Source of the DNA: Candidatus Multivorans sp.
GTDB lineage: Bacteria; Acidobacteriota; Thermoanaerobaculia; Multivoradales; Multivoraceae
Direction: 5' to 3'
Assembly: GCA_965205295.1 (NCBI GenBank)
Contig: OZ242167.1
Location: 3,826,007-3,890,006 of the forward strand
Length of the DNA: 64,000 nucleotides
The notes below the pieces were generated by a model. It had not been told where the DNA came from. It did not search any database and was given only the letters and a program-made list of their open reading frames with translations. Of the stretch, positions 1-10,086 are shown piece after piece (the first letter of the stretch is position 1; the number at the start of each line of letters is the position of its first letter). The translations under genes and the position numbers were made by a program.

Positions 1-761
1 GCCTGCTCAACGAGCGGCGGCACTGGACCCATCCGGTGATCCACGAGACCCTGGTCGACCTGCTGATGATCCAGCAGCACATACACAAGGGCGTATTCGC
101 GGCCATGGACGGGACCTTTGCCGGGGACGGACCGGGCCCGCGCTGCATGATCCCCCGAATCGGCAACGTGATCCTGGCCAGTGCCGATCAGGTGGCGATC
201 GACGCGGTGGCGGCGAAGCTGATGGGCTTCGATCCGCTCTCGATCCGGTACATCCGGCTGGCCCACGATCTCGGTCTGGGCTGCGGCGATCCGCGCGACA
301 TCGAAGTCGTCGGCGATCCCGAGGTCGCCGGCAGGAGTTGGGGATTCGTGGGACCCTTCAAGGAGATGACCTTTGCCGCGAGGATGCAGCACAAGATCTA
401 CTGGGGGCCGCTGCGGTGGCCGGTCGAGTGGTCGTTGCGCACCTTTCTCGCGCCATGGGCCTATCTGGCGAGCGTCCTCTACCACGACTCGTTTTGGTAT
501 CCGTACAAGGCGAAGCGGCAGATGGCCGAGGCTCTGGCCAGTCCCTGGGGCCGTCTGTTCGCCGGCTGGGAGAAGGCGAAGGCCGATTCGCGTGGCTATG
601 CCGAGACCTCCGATCAGCCGCCCCCTCTGCTCCGAACCGGCTGGCGAGCCTTCGTGACCTCGCTCGGCATCCTCTGGACATGCCTGCGCGAAGCTCCTGA
701 GTTGGCGGTGCGCCTGACCAGGCGCTCGGGCGCAACCGGCGTTCACGGTTCGGGTTCCTGA
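1..761 (+). CDS. DUF362 domain protein (5'-partial; continues upstream of the window)
   Basis: The ORF is open to the window edge in frame 3. The motif NVILASADQVAIDAVAAKLMGFDP is typical of DUF362-family proteins. The track ORF 36..761 is the internal GTG portion. Confidence 0.6.
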   Translation, partial: LLNERRHWTHPVIHETLVDLLMIQQHIHKGVFAAMDGTFAGDGPGPRCMIPRIGNVILASADQVAIDAVAAKLMGFDPLSIRYIRLAHDLGLGCGDPRDIEVVGDPEVAGRSWGFVGPFKEMTFAARMQHKIYWGPLRWPVEWSLRTFLAPWAYLASVLYHDSFWYPYKAKRQMAEALASPWGRLFAGWEKAKADSRGYAETSDQPPPLLRTGWRAFVTSLGILWTCLREAPELAVRLTRRSGATGVHGSGS

Positions 762-817
762 GCCGGCACGACCAGAATCCGATCGCCGGGCGGCCATGGC
801 GGGAAGCCGGCGCCGCG

Positions 818-2977
818 TTGGTTGTTGCGTCCGCTCTGGCGGTGATGGTCTTTCGAGCCGGGACCTTTCATCACGGCGCCGAGGCGACCTCTCAGGTAGC
901 GGCTGCGGTTCTCCTCCTGGCGTTTGCGTGGGTGGGACGCACAGCGTTCCGTGACCCCTTGGCGCTTGCAACGGTGCGGGCGCGTTGGTGGCCGGCGCTG
1001 CCGGCGGCGCTCTGGCTCTCGGTCGCGGCAAGCTGGCTCCTGTCTCCGGTCGGGCGCGCCGGGGAGTCGATCGTCATCTTCCTCTTGCCCGCGGCTTGGG
1101 CGGCGGCGGGAATGGGCCGCCTGCTCGGTCGGCCGGCGGCGCGGCGAGGGGCTCTTGCCGGCTGTGCGGCCGTAGCCGTGGCGGCGTCGATCTGGGCCCT
1201 GATCCAGCAACCGCTGCACGAACAGGGCCGGGCCGCGCTGCCGATCGGCCATCACAACCAGTTGGCGCTGGTGCTGGTTGCACTGCTGCCGCTGGCGGTG
1301 CTCGGCGCCTGGCGTTTACCGTTGCCGGGCGGCTCGCGTGCGCGCTGGGCCGCGGCCGCGATCGTGGGTTCGATCCTCATCTGGACACTGAGCGCCACGG
1401 GCGCCATGTCGGGCCTGCTGGCGCTGGCGCTTCAGGTCGGCGCGGCAGCGGCATGGACCCTGTGGCTGACGGGCGCTCGGAGGTGGCTGGTCCGGAGCAG
1501 TGCCCTCCTGGTCCTCGTCGCCGCGCTGACGCTGACCGCGAGCTGGGCGGGTGCGCGGCTTGAAGTGCCCGGCCCGGTCCAGCGCCTGGTGGCGGTGCTG
1601 CGGTTCGAAGACCCGTCGCTGCTGTCGCGCCGAACGTATGCTGCCGCGGCGAAGGCCGGCTTTGCCGAACGGCCGATCCTGGGCTGGGGTCCCGGCGCGT
1701 CGAGCTGGACGCTCGCCCGCCACTGGCGGCCGGCGCCCGGCGTTCATCCTCCCGGCGAGGTGATCACCGATACCCACAGTCTTCTGGCGCAGGCGCCTTA
1801 CGAACTGGGAGCGATCGGTTCGCTGTTGCTGCTCGCCGTGATCGTGCGCTACGGCCAGCGACGGCTGGTCGAACTCGTCCGGTCGCCGGCGCCTCGTGGG
1901 GATCCGGCCGCTGTTGATCCGCCCGGGGGCCGCTTGGGGAGGGAGGCCCGGTCCGAGGACCTGGTCGACGATCCGAAGCTCCTGGCGGCGGCGGTGCTCG
2001 GTCTGCTGGGTACGGGAGTCTGTCTGATGTTCGGGGTCTTCGCAGGTGTTGTGGCGGTGCCCGCCGCGTTGATCTTGAACCTGGGGTTGGCCGCGGCGGC
2101 GCGCGGTGCGGGGACCGGTGCAGAGGCCTTGCCCACGAGCTGGCCGTGGCCGCGGGCTCGGGTTGTCGTGGTCCTGTGGCTGGCCGCCGCGTTGGCCTGG
2201 TCACTTGAGCGGGCCTGGGCGTCGAGGGCGTACGAACGCGCGTTCGGGGTCACTGCCGCCGAGACCGCGCACGGCGACCCGTCGGAGGAAGCGATCGTCC
2301 ATCTTCGGGCGGCAGTGGCAGCGGATCCGCGTTTCCCGCTCTACCACGTACGCCTGGATCCCTTGGCAGCGGCCAGGGCCGCTGACGGGCTTGCGCCGCT
2401 CTGGTTGCTGGCCGGCACAGTGGAGGGCGAGGACACGGAGCAGCGACGCGAGGCCCTGGAGCGGGCCTGCGACCTCGATCCGCTGTCGGCGCTTGCGCCC
2501 TTCGAGCTGATGCGTCTTGAACGCGACGCGGGCGCCGCGGCGGGGGATCCGCGGGTGGCCGAGCGGGCGGCGCGGGCGATCCTCGCCGAGCCGCTGCTTC
2601 TGGCGGCGGTCGCGTTCGAGGGAGACCCCGATCTGCGTGCAGAGGTCCAGCGCGGGATCCGGACCTGGCCGGGCCTGCCGCCGGGCTGGCCCGAGTCGTT
2701 CGAGGAGTTGTGGCTGGGGTTGGACTGGTCGAACGGAGCTGAGGGTCCGCCCCGTGACGTGCTCTCCATCGACGCCGACGGTCGGGCAGCGGTCTCCTTC
2801 AGCCTGTTCGCCTTCCGTCGTCCGCCGTGGCCGCTCTCGATCGGCGCCGTGCCGCTCCGCAGCCACCGCCTCGAAGCGATCGCCGCCCACGACCTGCCGG
2901 CCGCGACCAGGTTGCCGCAGACGGCCCCGGATTCGTTCTGGATCCGAGGCTGCGGCTTAGGGGGCAAGGGGGGCTGA
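818..2977 (+). CDS. O-antigen ligase (Wzy_C)-like polytopic membrane protein with C-terminal TPR-like repeats
   Basis: The 719-aa ORF is highly hydrophobic over its N-terminal ~450 aa, with a LPIGHHNQLALVLVALLPLAV-type segment. Its C-terminal ~200 aa are soluble and Ala/Asp/Pro-rich and repeat-like. Confidence 0.55.
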   Translation: MVVASALAVMVFRAGTFHHGAEATSQVAAAVLLLAFAWVGRTAFRDPLALATVRARWWPALPAALWLSVAASWLLSPVGRAGESIVIFLLPAAWAAAGMGRLLGRPAARRGALAGCAAVAVAASIWALIQQPLHEQGRAALPIGHHNQLALVLVALLPLAVLGAWRLPLPGGSRARWAAAAIVGSILIWTLSATGAMSGLLALALQVGAAAAWTLWLTGARRWLVRSSALLVLVAALTLTASWAGARLEVPGPVQRLVAVLRFEDPSLLSRRTYAAAAKAGFAERPILGWGPGASSWTLARHWRPAPGVHPPGEVITDTHSLLAQAPYELGAIGSLLLLAVIVRYGQRRLVELVRSPAPRGDPAAVDPPGGRLGREARSEDLVDDPKLLAAAVLGLLGTGVCLMFGVFAGVVAVPAALILNLGLAAAARGAGTGAEALPTSWPWPRARVVVVLWLAAALAWSLERAWASRAYERAFGVTAAETAHGDPSEEAIVHLRAAVAADPRFPLYHVRLDPLAAARAADGLAPLWLLAGTVEGEDTEQRREALERACDLDPLSALAPFELMRLERDAGAAAGDPRVAERAARAILAEPLLLAAVAFEGDPDLRAEVQRGIRTWPGLPPGWPESFEELWLGLDWSNGAEGPPRDVLSIDADGRAAVSFSLFAFRRPPWPLSIGAVPLRSHRLEAIAAHDLPAATRLPQTAPDSFWIRGCGLGGKGG

Positions 2978-2985
2978 CCCGGCTC

Positions 2986-3636
2986 TCAGGCGGCCCCGGT
3001 GGCCCTGGTGTCGGTCGCGACGACGCGGTTGCGGCCGGCTCCCTTCGCCGCGTACATGGCGTCGTCAGCTTGGCGGAGCAGGCGCGTGGCGCTTTCCTCG
3101 CAGTCGCCCCGGGTGACGGTGCCGGGGAGGCGGAGCAGGCTGGCGGCGCCGATGGAGCAGGTGAGGCTGACCGGGGGTCGAGAGTCGGCGCCGGGGCCGC
3201 TGGAGAACAGGGTCGACGCCACATCGGTCCGTAGGCGCTCGGCTCGCCCGAACGCCTGGTCGATGTCGGTTCCCGGCAGGACCAGCACGAATTCGTCGCC
3301 GCCGTAGCGCGCGGCGAAGCCGCCGGCGTCGTTGGTGGCGGCCTGGAGGAGCGTAGCGACCTGACGCAGGACGTGGCTACCGGCCTGGTGACCGTGCCGG
3401 TCATTGACCCGCTTGAAATAGTCCAGGTCGAGGAACAGCAGGCCGAGAGCCTCGCCTCGCCGCTGGGCATCGTCGATTGCCGCGGAGAGAGCGTCGTGGA
3501 GAGCGCGGCCGTCGAGGAGACCGGTCAGACTGTCCCGTCCGTGCGCCGACCCCTCGCGGCGAGCAACGACGACTCTGCGTATCGCGGCGGCTGCCTGAGC
3601 CGCCAGCGTTCGGGCTGCCCTGCTACGCGGCGGCAT
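2986..3636 (-). CDS. GGDEF-domain diguanylate cyclase (short N-terminus, no obvious sensor domain)
   Basis: Motifs DSLTGLLDGRAL, FKRVNDRHGH and RYGGDEFVLVLPG are seen in the translation. The gene is convergent with the upstream ligase-like gene with an 8-nt gap. Confidence 0.8.
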   Translation of the reverse strand: MPPRSRAARTLAAQAAAAIRRVVVARREGSAHGRDSLTGLLDGRALHDALSAAIDDAQRRGEALGLLFLDLDYFKRVNDRHGHQAGSHVLRQVATLLQAATNDAGGFAARYGGDEFVLVLPGTDIDQAFGRAERLRTDVASTLFSSGPGADSRPPVSLTCSIGAASLLRLPGTVTRGDCEESATRLLRQADDAMYAAKGAGRNRVVATDTRATGAA

Positions 3637-3938
3637 CGGTCAGCCGCTCCAGGCGGGCGCGGTCCCCGTCCGCGATCTCGAGCGCCGCCGCGTCGTTGGG
3701 CGAGAGGGCCAGCGCCTCCGCAAGGGCCTTCCGCCGCCACTTCGGATCGCGGTAGATCGTGTTCGAGGTGAACGACCGGCGCTCACCGGCCGAGAGGACG
3801 AGCGGGAACGTTTCGCTGGTGATCTCCCATGGAGGGGATTCCGACGACGGGGTGTGGGACTCGTTTCCTGGGCTCATGCCGGCTCCTGAACTGCGGTTTG
3901 GACGCCTCGAACGGCGCGCGGGTGTTGGCAATGAGCTT

Positions 3939-4790
3939 ATGCCGTCCGTGTTCCTGGGCTTGGGGCTGTTACCGTGCGGTCCGGTGACTCCGCCGCGCAA
4001 GGGCGTTCCCCCGCTTCAGAAGTCCCTGGGCCAGCACCATCTCCGGCATCCCGGGTCCGCGGCGCCGGCCGTCGACTTTCTGGGCGTTGCCGGTCGCAGC
4101 GTAGTCGAGATCGGCCCCGGCGGCGGTGTGCTCACCCGACTGCTGCTGGAACGCGGTGCGAGCCGCGTGATCGCCTGCGAACTCGACCTCCTGTGGACGA
4201 TGGAGCTGCGTCGCCGGATCGCGGATCCGCGCTTGGTCCTGGTCGCGGGCGACGGCTGCGATCTTCGCTACGACCGAGCGCCGGCCACGACCCGGATCGC
4301 GGGCAACCTGCCGTACAACGTGGCGACCCGGATCGTTCTTGCCGTCCTCGAGCGGGCGCCGGTTGGCGCCCGTGCCGCCTTCCTGGTGCAGCGTGAGGTC
4401 GCGGACCGGCTGACCGCGGAACCGGGCGAGTCCGCGTACGGAGGACTGAGCGTCCTGGTCGCTGCCCGGGCGGCGGCGCGCCGGCTGTCGGTGGTTCTGC
4501 CCGGCAGTTTCGTGCCGCCGCCGGCCGTAGCGAGCGCGTTCGTGGGGCTGGAGCGCGTCGCTCCGCCGGTCGACGAGACGGAGTGGTCCGCCTTTGCCGG
4601 CTTCGTGCGCACCGCTTTCAGCCAGCGCCGCAAGACGCTGCTCAACAACTTCCGGCCGACCGCGGGTCGTGCTGCCGCCGAAGCGGCGTTCGCGGCGCTG
4701 GACCTGCCGCGCAAGGTGCGGGCGGAGAGGCTTGGGGCGCCTGAGTTCGTTGCCCTGTTCCGCGAGATGAAGCGCCACTACAACATATAG
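3939..4790 (+). CDS. rsmA: 16S rRNA (adenine1518/1519-N6)-dimethyltransferase RsmA/KsgA
   Basis: LGQHHL (the FGQNFL equivalent) and GNLPYNV motifs are present, together with an E/DLD SAM-binding region. The track ORF begins at 3759, but the KsgA-homologous part begins near 3980, so the start is uncertain (3939 ATG or ~3981 GTG). Confidence 0.8.
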   Translation: MPSVFLGLGLLPCGPVTPPRKGVPPLQKSLGQHHLRHPGSAAPAVDFLGVAGRSVVEIGPGGGVLTRLLLERGASRVIACELDLLWTMELRRRIADPRLVLVAGDGCDLRYDRAPATTRIAGNLPYNVATRIVLAVLERAPVGARAAFLVQREVADRLTAEPGESAYGGLSVLVAARAAARRLSVVLPGSFVPPPAVASAFVGLERVAPPVDETEWSAFAGFVRTAFSQRRKTLLNNFRPTAGRAAAEAAFAALDLPRKVRAERLGAPEFVALFREMKRHYNI

Positions 4791-4848
4791 CCATATCCGA
4801 CTTGATGGGCTACAATCGTGTGCCCGTGCATGTTCCCGCCATGGCTGG

Positions 4849-7224
4849 TTGTCGAGGGCGCCGGTGATCCGCTCGGACGATGGCGCCCGCCGGTTCGGTC
4901 TGGGCGGACTGCCGGCGGGTAAGAGCGTCGAACTGATCGGCCTCCTCCTGCTCGCCCTGGGCGCACTGCTGCTGCTCAGCCTGCTGAGTTACCACCCGAG
5001 CGACCCCAGTTTCTTGCGGAGCGGCGCGAACTCCGGCGAGACGGAGAACCTGATCGGTCCGGTCGGCGCCCAGGTCGCGGCCGCCGGCTACGGGGTTCTG
5101 GGGCTTGCTGTCGTGGCGGTGGCGTTGGCGGTTGTCGGCTTGGGCTACCGGCTCGTGCGTGCGCGCGGCAGGTTTCCTTCGATTCTGCAGACCGCCGGCA
5201 TTGCCGTCGCGCTGATCGCCTTGCCGATCATGATCGATCTCGCTGTCGAGGAAGTGCAGATCCGCGGCGAGCCCCTGGTTGCCGGCGGTCTCGTGGGGTC
5301 AACGATCTCCGATGGCATTCAAAGCCAACTGGGAGTCATCGGCGCCGCGGTCATCGCCCTGTTCGGGCTCGTGTTCGGCATCGCGCTGACCATGCGAGGC
5401 AGCCTTGAGGAGTGGCTGGCCGCGGCTCTGGGCCGGCTCAAGGAACTGGTCGTTCTTCTCAGGGGGAGACTGAGGCGCGGGCCGAAGACCGCCAGGGCGA
5501 AGAAGGCCGGCCGGCGCGAAAGGGCGGTCACGGCCGCGTCTGCCGCCGACTCAACGCTTCAGGAACTCACCCTCCGCAAGGCGCCTCCGGAGAAGATGGT
5601 CGAGGTCGCCCGACCGAACCCCGCACGGTCGGAGGAGTCGGCTCTCCCCATGGCGGCGCCGAAGGTGAATCCGCCTGCATCCTTGGTGGCCAAGCCGAGC
5701 AACGGCACGGGCGCACAGACGGCCGACAGCCCCGAGCTGCCGCCGATCGATCTGCTGTACTGCGAGGAAGTCAACTCGGAAGTCGACGAGGATGGGGTCC
5801 GTGAGCTTGGCGAGCTGATCTGTGCCCGCTGTGCGGAGTTCGGTGTCGAGGGGACGGTCGAGGGGATCAGCCCCGGACCGGTGATCACCGTCTTCGAGTT
5901 CCAGCCGGCGCCGGGCGTCAAGGTCGCCCAGATCGTCAACCTGCAGGACGACCTGGCGCTCGCCTTGAAGGCGGAAGCGATCCGGATCGATCGCATGCAG
6001 GGCCGCTCCACGCTCGGCATCGAAGTGCCGAATACGCGGCGAACGGTCATTCCACTGGGTCGCCTGCTGGACGCTCCCGAGTTCCGGGCGAGTACGTCGC
6101 CCCTGACCATGGCGTTGGGGCGGACGCTGCGCGGCGAGCCGTACTACGCCGATCTGACGAAGATGCCGCACCTGCTGGTTGCGGGCGCCACCGGCGCCGG
6201 CAAGAGCGTCGGCCTGCAGGGGATGCTGACTTCGATCCTGTACAAGGCGCGAAGCGATGAGGTCCAGTTCATCCTGATCGATCCGAAGCGGATCGAACTG
6301 GGGGTCTACGCGGACATTCCGCACCTCAAGACCGCGGTCGTGGTGGAGCCGAAGCAGGCTGCGAACGCTCTTCGCTGGGCGGTATCGGAGATGGAGCGCC
6401 GCTACCGGCTGCTGGCCGAGGTGCACGTCCGATCGATCGCCTTCTACAACCAGGCGATCGCGGATCCGGAGGTGGCCCGGCGCCTGCGGCTCCGGGACGA
6501 AGAGGCCGACGAAGGGGTGGCGCCGCGCGACTTCGAACCTCTCCCGTACTACGTGATCGTGATCGACGAGCTGGCCGACCTGATGATGGTGGCTTCGTCC
6601 GAGGTCGAGACGTCGATCGCCCGGCTCGCGCAGATGGCCCGGGCCGTTGGCATCCATCTGATCGTTGCCACCCAGCGCCCGTCGGTCGACGTGCTGACCG
6701 GCACGATCAAGGCGAACTTCCCGTGCCGGATCTCGTACGCGGCCGCCACGCGACACGACTCGCGCACGATCCTCGATCAGATCGGAGCCGAGAAGCTGCT
6801 GGGCAAGGGCGACATGCTGTTCATGCCGCCCGGCAGCGGCCGCACGATCCGCCTGCACGGCGCCTACGTCACCGAGCAGGAGACGGCCGCGCTGGTTCGC
6901 TGGCTCAAGCGCCAGGGCCAGCCGAACCTGGATCCGGCGGTGCTGGAACCGCCGCCGGAAGATCGGGCGGCTGCTGGAGGCGAGCACGGAGGCGGAGACG
7001 CGCTCTACGATGAGGCCGCGCGCCTGGTGGTCTCGGAACGGATGGGATCGGCGAGTTTCCTTCAGCGTCGCATGAGGGTCGGCTTCTCCCGCGCCTCCCG
7101 CCTGGTCGACCTGATGGAGCAGGACGGAATCCTGGGGCCGGCCCAGGGCAGCAAGCCGCGCGACGTCCTGGTGCCGCCTGACTTCTTCGAAGAGATCGAG
7201 CAGTCCCAGATCGCGTTCGAGTAG
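4849..7224 (+). CDS. ftsK: DNA translocase FtsK/SpoIIIE
   Basis: The N-terminus is polytopic (LLSLLSYHPSDPSF). A long Pro/Ala linker follows. Walker A is GATGAGKSVGLQ, and a C-terminal gamma winged-helix is present (ASFLQRRMRVGFSRASRLVDLMEQDGILGP). Confidence 0.93.
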   Translation: MSRAPVIRSDDGARRFGLGGLPAGKSVELIGLLLLALGALLLLSLLSYHPSDPSFLRSGANSGETENLIGPVGAQVAAAGYGVLGLAVVAVALAVVGLGYRLVRARGRFPSILQTAGIAVALIALPIMIDLAVEEVQIRGEPLVAGGLVGSTISDGIQSQLGVIGAAVIALFGLVFGIALTMRGSLEEWLAAALGRLKELVVLLRGRLRRGPKTARAKKAGRRERAVTAASAADSTLQELTLRKAPPEKMVEVARPNPARSEESALPMAAPKVNPPASLVAKPSNGTGAQTADSPELPPIDLLYCEEVNSEVDEDGVRELGELICARCAEFGVEGTVEGISPGPVITVFEFQPAPGVKVAQIVNLQDDLALALKAEAIRIDRMQGRSTLGIEVPNTRRTVIPLGRLLDAPEFRASTSPLTMALGRTLRGEPYYADLTKMPHLLVAGATGAGKSVGLQGMLTSILYKARSDEVQFILIDPKRIELGVYADIPHLKTAVVVEPKQAANALRWAVSEMERRYRLLAEVHVRSIAFYNQAIADPEVARRLRLRDEEADEGVAPRDFEPLPYYVIVIDELADLMMVASSEVETSIARLAQMARAVGIHLIVATQRPSVDVLTGTIKANFPCRISYAAATRHDSRTILDQIGAEKLLGKGDMLFMPPGSGRTIRLHGAYVTEQETAALVRWLKRQGQPNLDPAVLEPPPEDRAAAGGEHGGGDALYDEAARLVVSERMGSASFLQRRMRVGFSRASRLVDLMEQDGILGPAQGSKPRDVLVPPDFFEEIEQSQIAFE

Positions 7225-7392
7225 GAGGCTGTGCCGAAGAACGCTACGGAGTGAGTTCTGCAGGCACGGCCTGCTACTGAGGTGGGGGATGGGGCCAGGC
7301 ACCGAGTCTGCGAGGGGCTTGGCGGCGGTAGCGGCGCTGTCCGCCGGGGACGGGGCGCCTTGGTCGACGGGTCGCGTAGTCTCCCGGGCATC

Positions 7393-8391
7393 GTGTCCGC
7401 GCCGCGAAGACTCAACCGGATCGCCTTCTTCGGCACGCCCGACTTCGCGGTCCCGGCACTAGGCGCCCTGGAGGAGGCTGGCCGGCGGCCGGTACTCGTT
7501 GTCAGCCAGCCGGCGCGGCGGGCGGGTCGCGGCGGCCGTCTGGCCCAACCGCCCGTGGCTCGCTGGGCGCTCGACCGGGGCGTCGACCTGCTGCAGCCGA
7601 CGGGCGTGCGCGGCGCCGACTTCCTCGGCCGGCTGCGCTCCCTGGCGCTCGACCTTGCCGTGGTTGCGGCGTACGGTCGCATCTTCCCGCGCGCCCTGCT
7701 CGAACTGCCGGCGGGCGGCTGTGTGAACATTCATGCGTCGCTGTTGCCCGCCTATCGCGGTGCGTCACCGATTCAGGCCGCGATAGGGGGCGGAGAGCGG
7801 AACACCGGTGTGACGACGATGGTCATGGAGGAAGGACTCGACAGCGGACCGATCCTGCTTCAGGAAGAGGCGCCGATCGGCGTGGACGAGACCGCCGGCG
7901 AGTTGTCACCGCGGCTGGCCGCGATCGGCGGCCGACTTCTCGTCCGCACGCTTGAGGCGTTGGAGGCCGGGGCCGTCGAGCCGCGGCCGCAGTGCGACGC
8001 GGCGGCGACCTATGCCCCGATGCTGCGCCCTTTGGACGGCATCGTGGACTGGCGCCGGGAGTCGAGACAGATCGCCTGGCGGGTGCGCGCCTACGAGCCG
8101 TGGCCGGGGTCGCGGAGCTGGCTTCGCGGCGAGGCGGTACGGATCGTCACGTCGAGGCCGCTGGCATCGTGTGCCCAGCTCGATGGCCAGGCCGACCTGG
8201 ATCGACCTGGCGCCTTCCTCGGCTGCCGGAGAGTCGAGGGAGTCGGACGGGCGCCGGTGGTCCGGTGCGGCGGATCGTCGGCGCTGGCGCTTTGCCGGGT
8301 GCAGCGGCCCGGCGGCCGGCAGATCAGCGGCCTCGATCTGGCAAACGGGCTGCGGCTCGCCGTGGGCGAACGCTTCGGAACGGCGGCATGA
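7393..8391 (+). CDS. fmt: methionyl-tRNA formyltransferase
   Basis: Motifs IAFFGTPDFAVPAL and HASLLPAYRGASPIQAAI are present, followed by a C-terminal Fmt domain. The start was chosen at the GTG just before the LNRIAFFG segment. The stop overlaps the rsmB ATG as ATGA. Confidence 0.88.
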   Translation: MSAPRRLNRIAFFGTPDFAVPALGALEEAGRRPVLVVSQPARRAGRGGRLAQPPVARWALDRGVDLLQPTGVRGADFLGRLRSLALDLAVVAAYGRIFPRALLELPAGGCVNIHASLLPAYRGASPIQAAIGGGERNTGVTTMVMEEGLDSGPILLQEEAPIGVDETAGELSPRLAAIGGRLLVRTLEALEAGAVEPRPQCDAAATYAPMLRPLDGIVDWRRESRQIAWRVRAYEPWPGSRSWLRGEAVRIVTSRPLASCAQLDGQADLDRPGAFLGCRRVEGVGRAPVVRCGGSSALALCRVQRPGGRQISGLDLANGLRLAVGERFGTAA

Positions 8392-9787
8392 CTCGTCGGC
8401 GGGCCATCCGGAACCTGGAATCCCGCGGCGGCTGGCGCCGGCGGGACACGGCGATGACGGCCCACGCCAAGGTCCGCGAATCGGCGGCCTTCGTGCTCGA
8501 GCGGACTCTGGATTCGAAGGCGCCGGTGTCGACGTTTCTCAAAGGCGCGCTCGAACGCTGCGACTCCCGCGACCACGGGTTGCTGCGCGAGCTGGTGCTT
8601 GGGACGCTGCGTTGGTTGCGCTTCATCGACCACGTCCTGGTTGCCGCCTCGCAGCGGCCGCTGGACCGCATTCAGCGCGCCCTGCTGGCGCCGCTGCGGA
8701 TCGGCGCCTATCAGCTCTTCTTTCTCGACCGCATACCGGCCCACGCGGCGGTCAACGAGGCGGTCGAGCAGGCCGGAAGCCGCACCCACGCGGGCGGCGC
8801 CAGCTTCGTCAACGGCGTGCTGCGACGGATTGCCCGCTCGCCACGCCGCGACGACTGGCTGGGCGATATTGCGGACCGGACGGCGCGGCTGGGAATCCGC
8901 TACTCCCATCCCGATCTGCTGGTCGAGCGTTGGCTGAGCACCTACGGCGAGGAGCGAACAATCGCCCTGCTTGGCGCGAACAACCGTCCCAAGCCACTGC
9001 ACCTGCTGGCATTCCGGGATCGAGGGGGCCGCGCCCCGCTGGCGGAGCAGTTGATCGATGAGGATGTCGGGGTCGAGCCGTCGGTCCTGGCGCCCCACTG
9101 CGTCACGGTCCGGTGGGGAATCCGTTGACTTCGGACGCCTACCGGCGGGGCGGCTTCTACGTGCAGGACGAGGCAAGTCAGTTGGCCGCGATCGTGCCGC
9201 CGCCCGCGCCCGGCGAGAGTGTGTTGGACGTGGCCGCGGCGCCGGGGGGCAAGACGTTCGCGCTGCTGGCCGAGCAGCCGGACCTTCGCAGCATCGCCGC
9301 TGACCAGTCCCTGCGGCGCCTGGTCACCATGAGCCGGAATTCCGCGCGCCTTAGGCTTCGGCCCCGGCTTCTCGCGGCGGACGGTGTTGCCCTCCCCTTC
9401 GGGCCCGTCTTCGACCGGGTCGTGGTCGACTTGCCGTGCAGCGGAACCGGCACGTTGCGCAAGCACCCCGAACTGAAGTGGCGGATCAGCGCCGGTGAGA
9501 TCGAGCGGCTCGCGGCGGAGGGTCTGGCCATGGTGCGGGGCGCGTCCGAATGCGTGCGCCCGGGGGGCCTGCTCGTGGTCATCACCTGTTCGATCGAGCC
9601 GGACGAGAACGAGGCCGTGACCGCGGCGTTCCTGGAGTCCCGCACCGACTTTCGCCGGCGGGATCTCGCGGGCGATCTTCGCCGGCCCGAGGTGGAGCAC
9701 GTCGTTGGGCTCGGTGTCTGGCGTCTCCTGCCGGCCGACGATCATGACGGCTTCACGGTGCAGGTGCTCGAGCGGACCTCCGACTGA
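8388..9787 (+). pseudogene. rsmB: 16S rRNA m5C967 methyltransferase RsmB/Sun, split by a 1-bp frameshift in a GGGG run at 9115-9118
   Basis: The NusB-like N-terminal domain (8388..9128, frame 0) ends ...VTVRWGIR*. The methyltransferase domain (FYVQDEASQ, DVAAAPGGKT, DLPCSGTGT) continues in frame +2 from 9113. Inserting one G in GGGG restores ...VTVRWGNPLTSDAYRRGGFYVQDEAS. Confidence 0.8.
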
Positions 9788-9886
9788 AGTCGACCGGCCA
9801 GGTTTTCTTGAGTCCTGGCCCGAGCACGGAGGCGGCGTCCTGTTCCGCGCAGCGAGACGGAATGCAGCCGTAAGTCCAAGTCGGCG

Positions 9887-9916
9887 TTGACAAAGAGACC
9901 TGTTCTAGCCTAGATT
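9887..9916 (+). promoter_or_regulatory. putative sigma70-type promoter of hup (TTGACA-17 nt-CTAGAT/TAGATT) in a locally AT-richer 300-bp intergenic region
   Basis: TTGACA lies at 9887-9892 and the -10-like hexamer at 9910-9916. An AAGGAG RBS sits ~10 nt before the hup ATG. Confidence 0.4.
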
Positions 9917-10086
9917 TGTCGGGTGTTCTGGAGTTTGAAGAAAAGTTCCCGAGCATACTGGAAGACGAGTCCGAATGCCAGATGCCAAGTGCCGGCCAAT
10001 TCAGGCGTCGTGCCGCGGCTGGCGCTGGAAGACGGTTGACGGGCCGATCCACAGTTCACACCAAAGACTCTAAGGAGTACAACTAG

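Noticed and set aside
3623-4000. 125-aa minus-strand ORF between GGDEF and ksgA
   Set aside because: It is low-complexity and overlaps the ksgA 5' end on the opposite strand. It is probably not coding, or is at most a relic of a lost GGDEF N-terminal domain.
4791-4848. sigma70 promoter for ftsK (TACAAT at 4811)
   Set aside because: No acceptable -35 lies at 16-18 nt spacing, so this is not supportable.
5551-7302. 583-aa antisense ORF inside ftsK. Similar long minus or plus ORFs occur at 12973-14643, 14845-16344, 24436-25632, 42534-45311 (925 aa), 61193-62737 and 10461-11467
   Set aside because: These are high-GC shadow ORFs opposite well-supported genes. They are Arg/Pro/Ala-rich low-complexity translations with no motifs.
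7992-9128. Track ORF starting at 7992 overlapping fmt by 400 nt
   Set aside because: The upstream part is out-of-frame read-through of fmt. The real gene (rsmB) starts at ATG 8388 with ATGA coupling.
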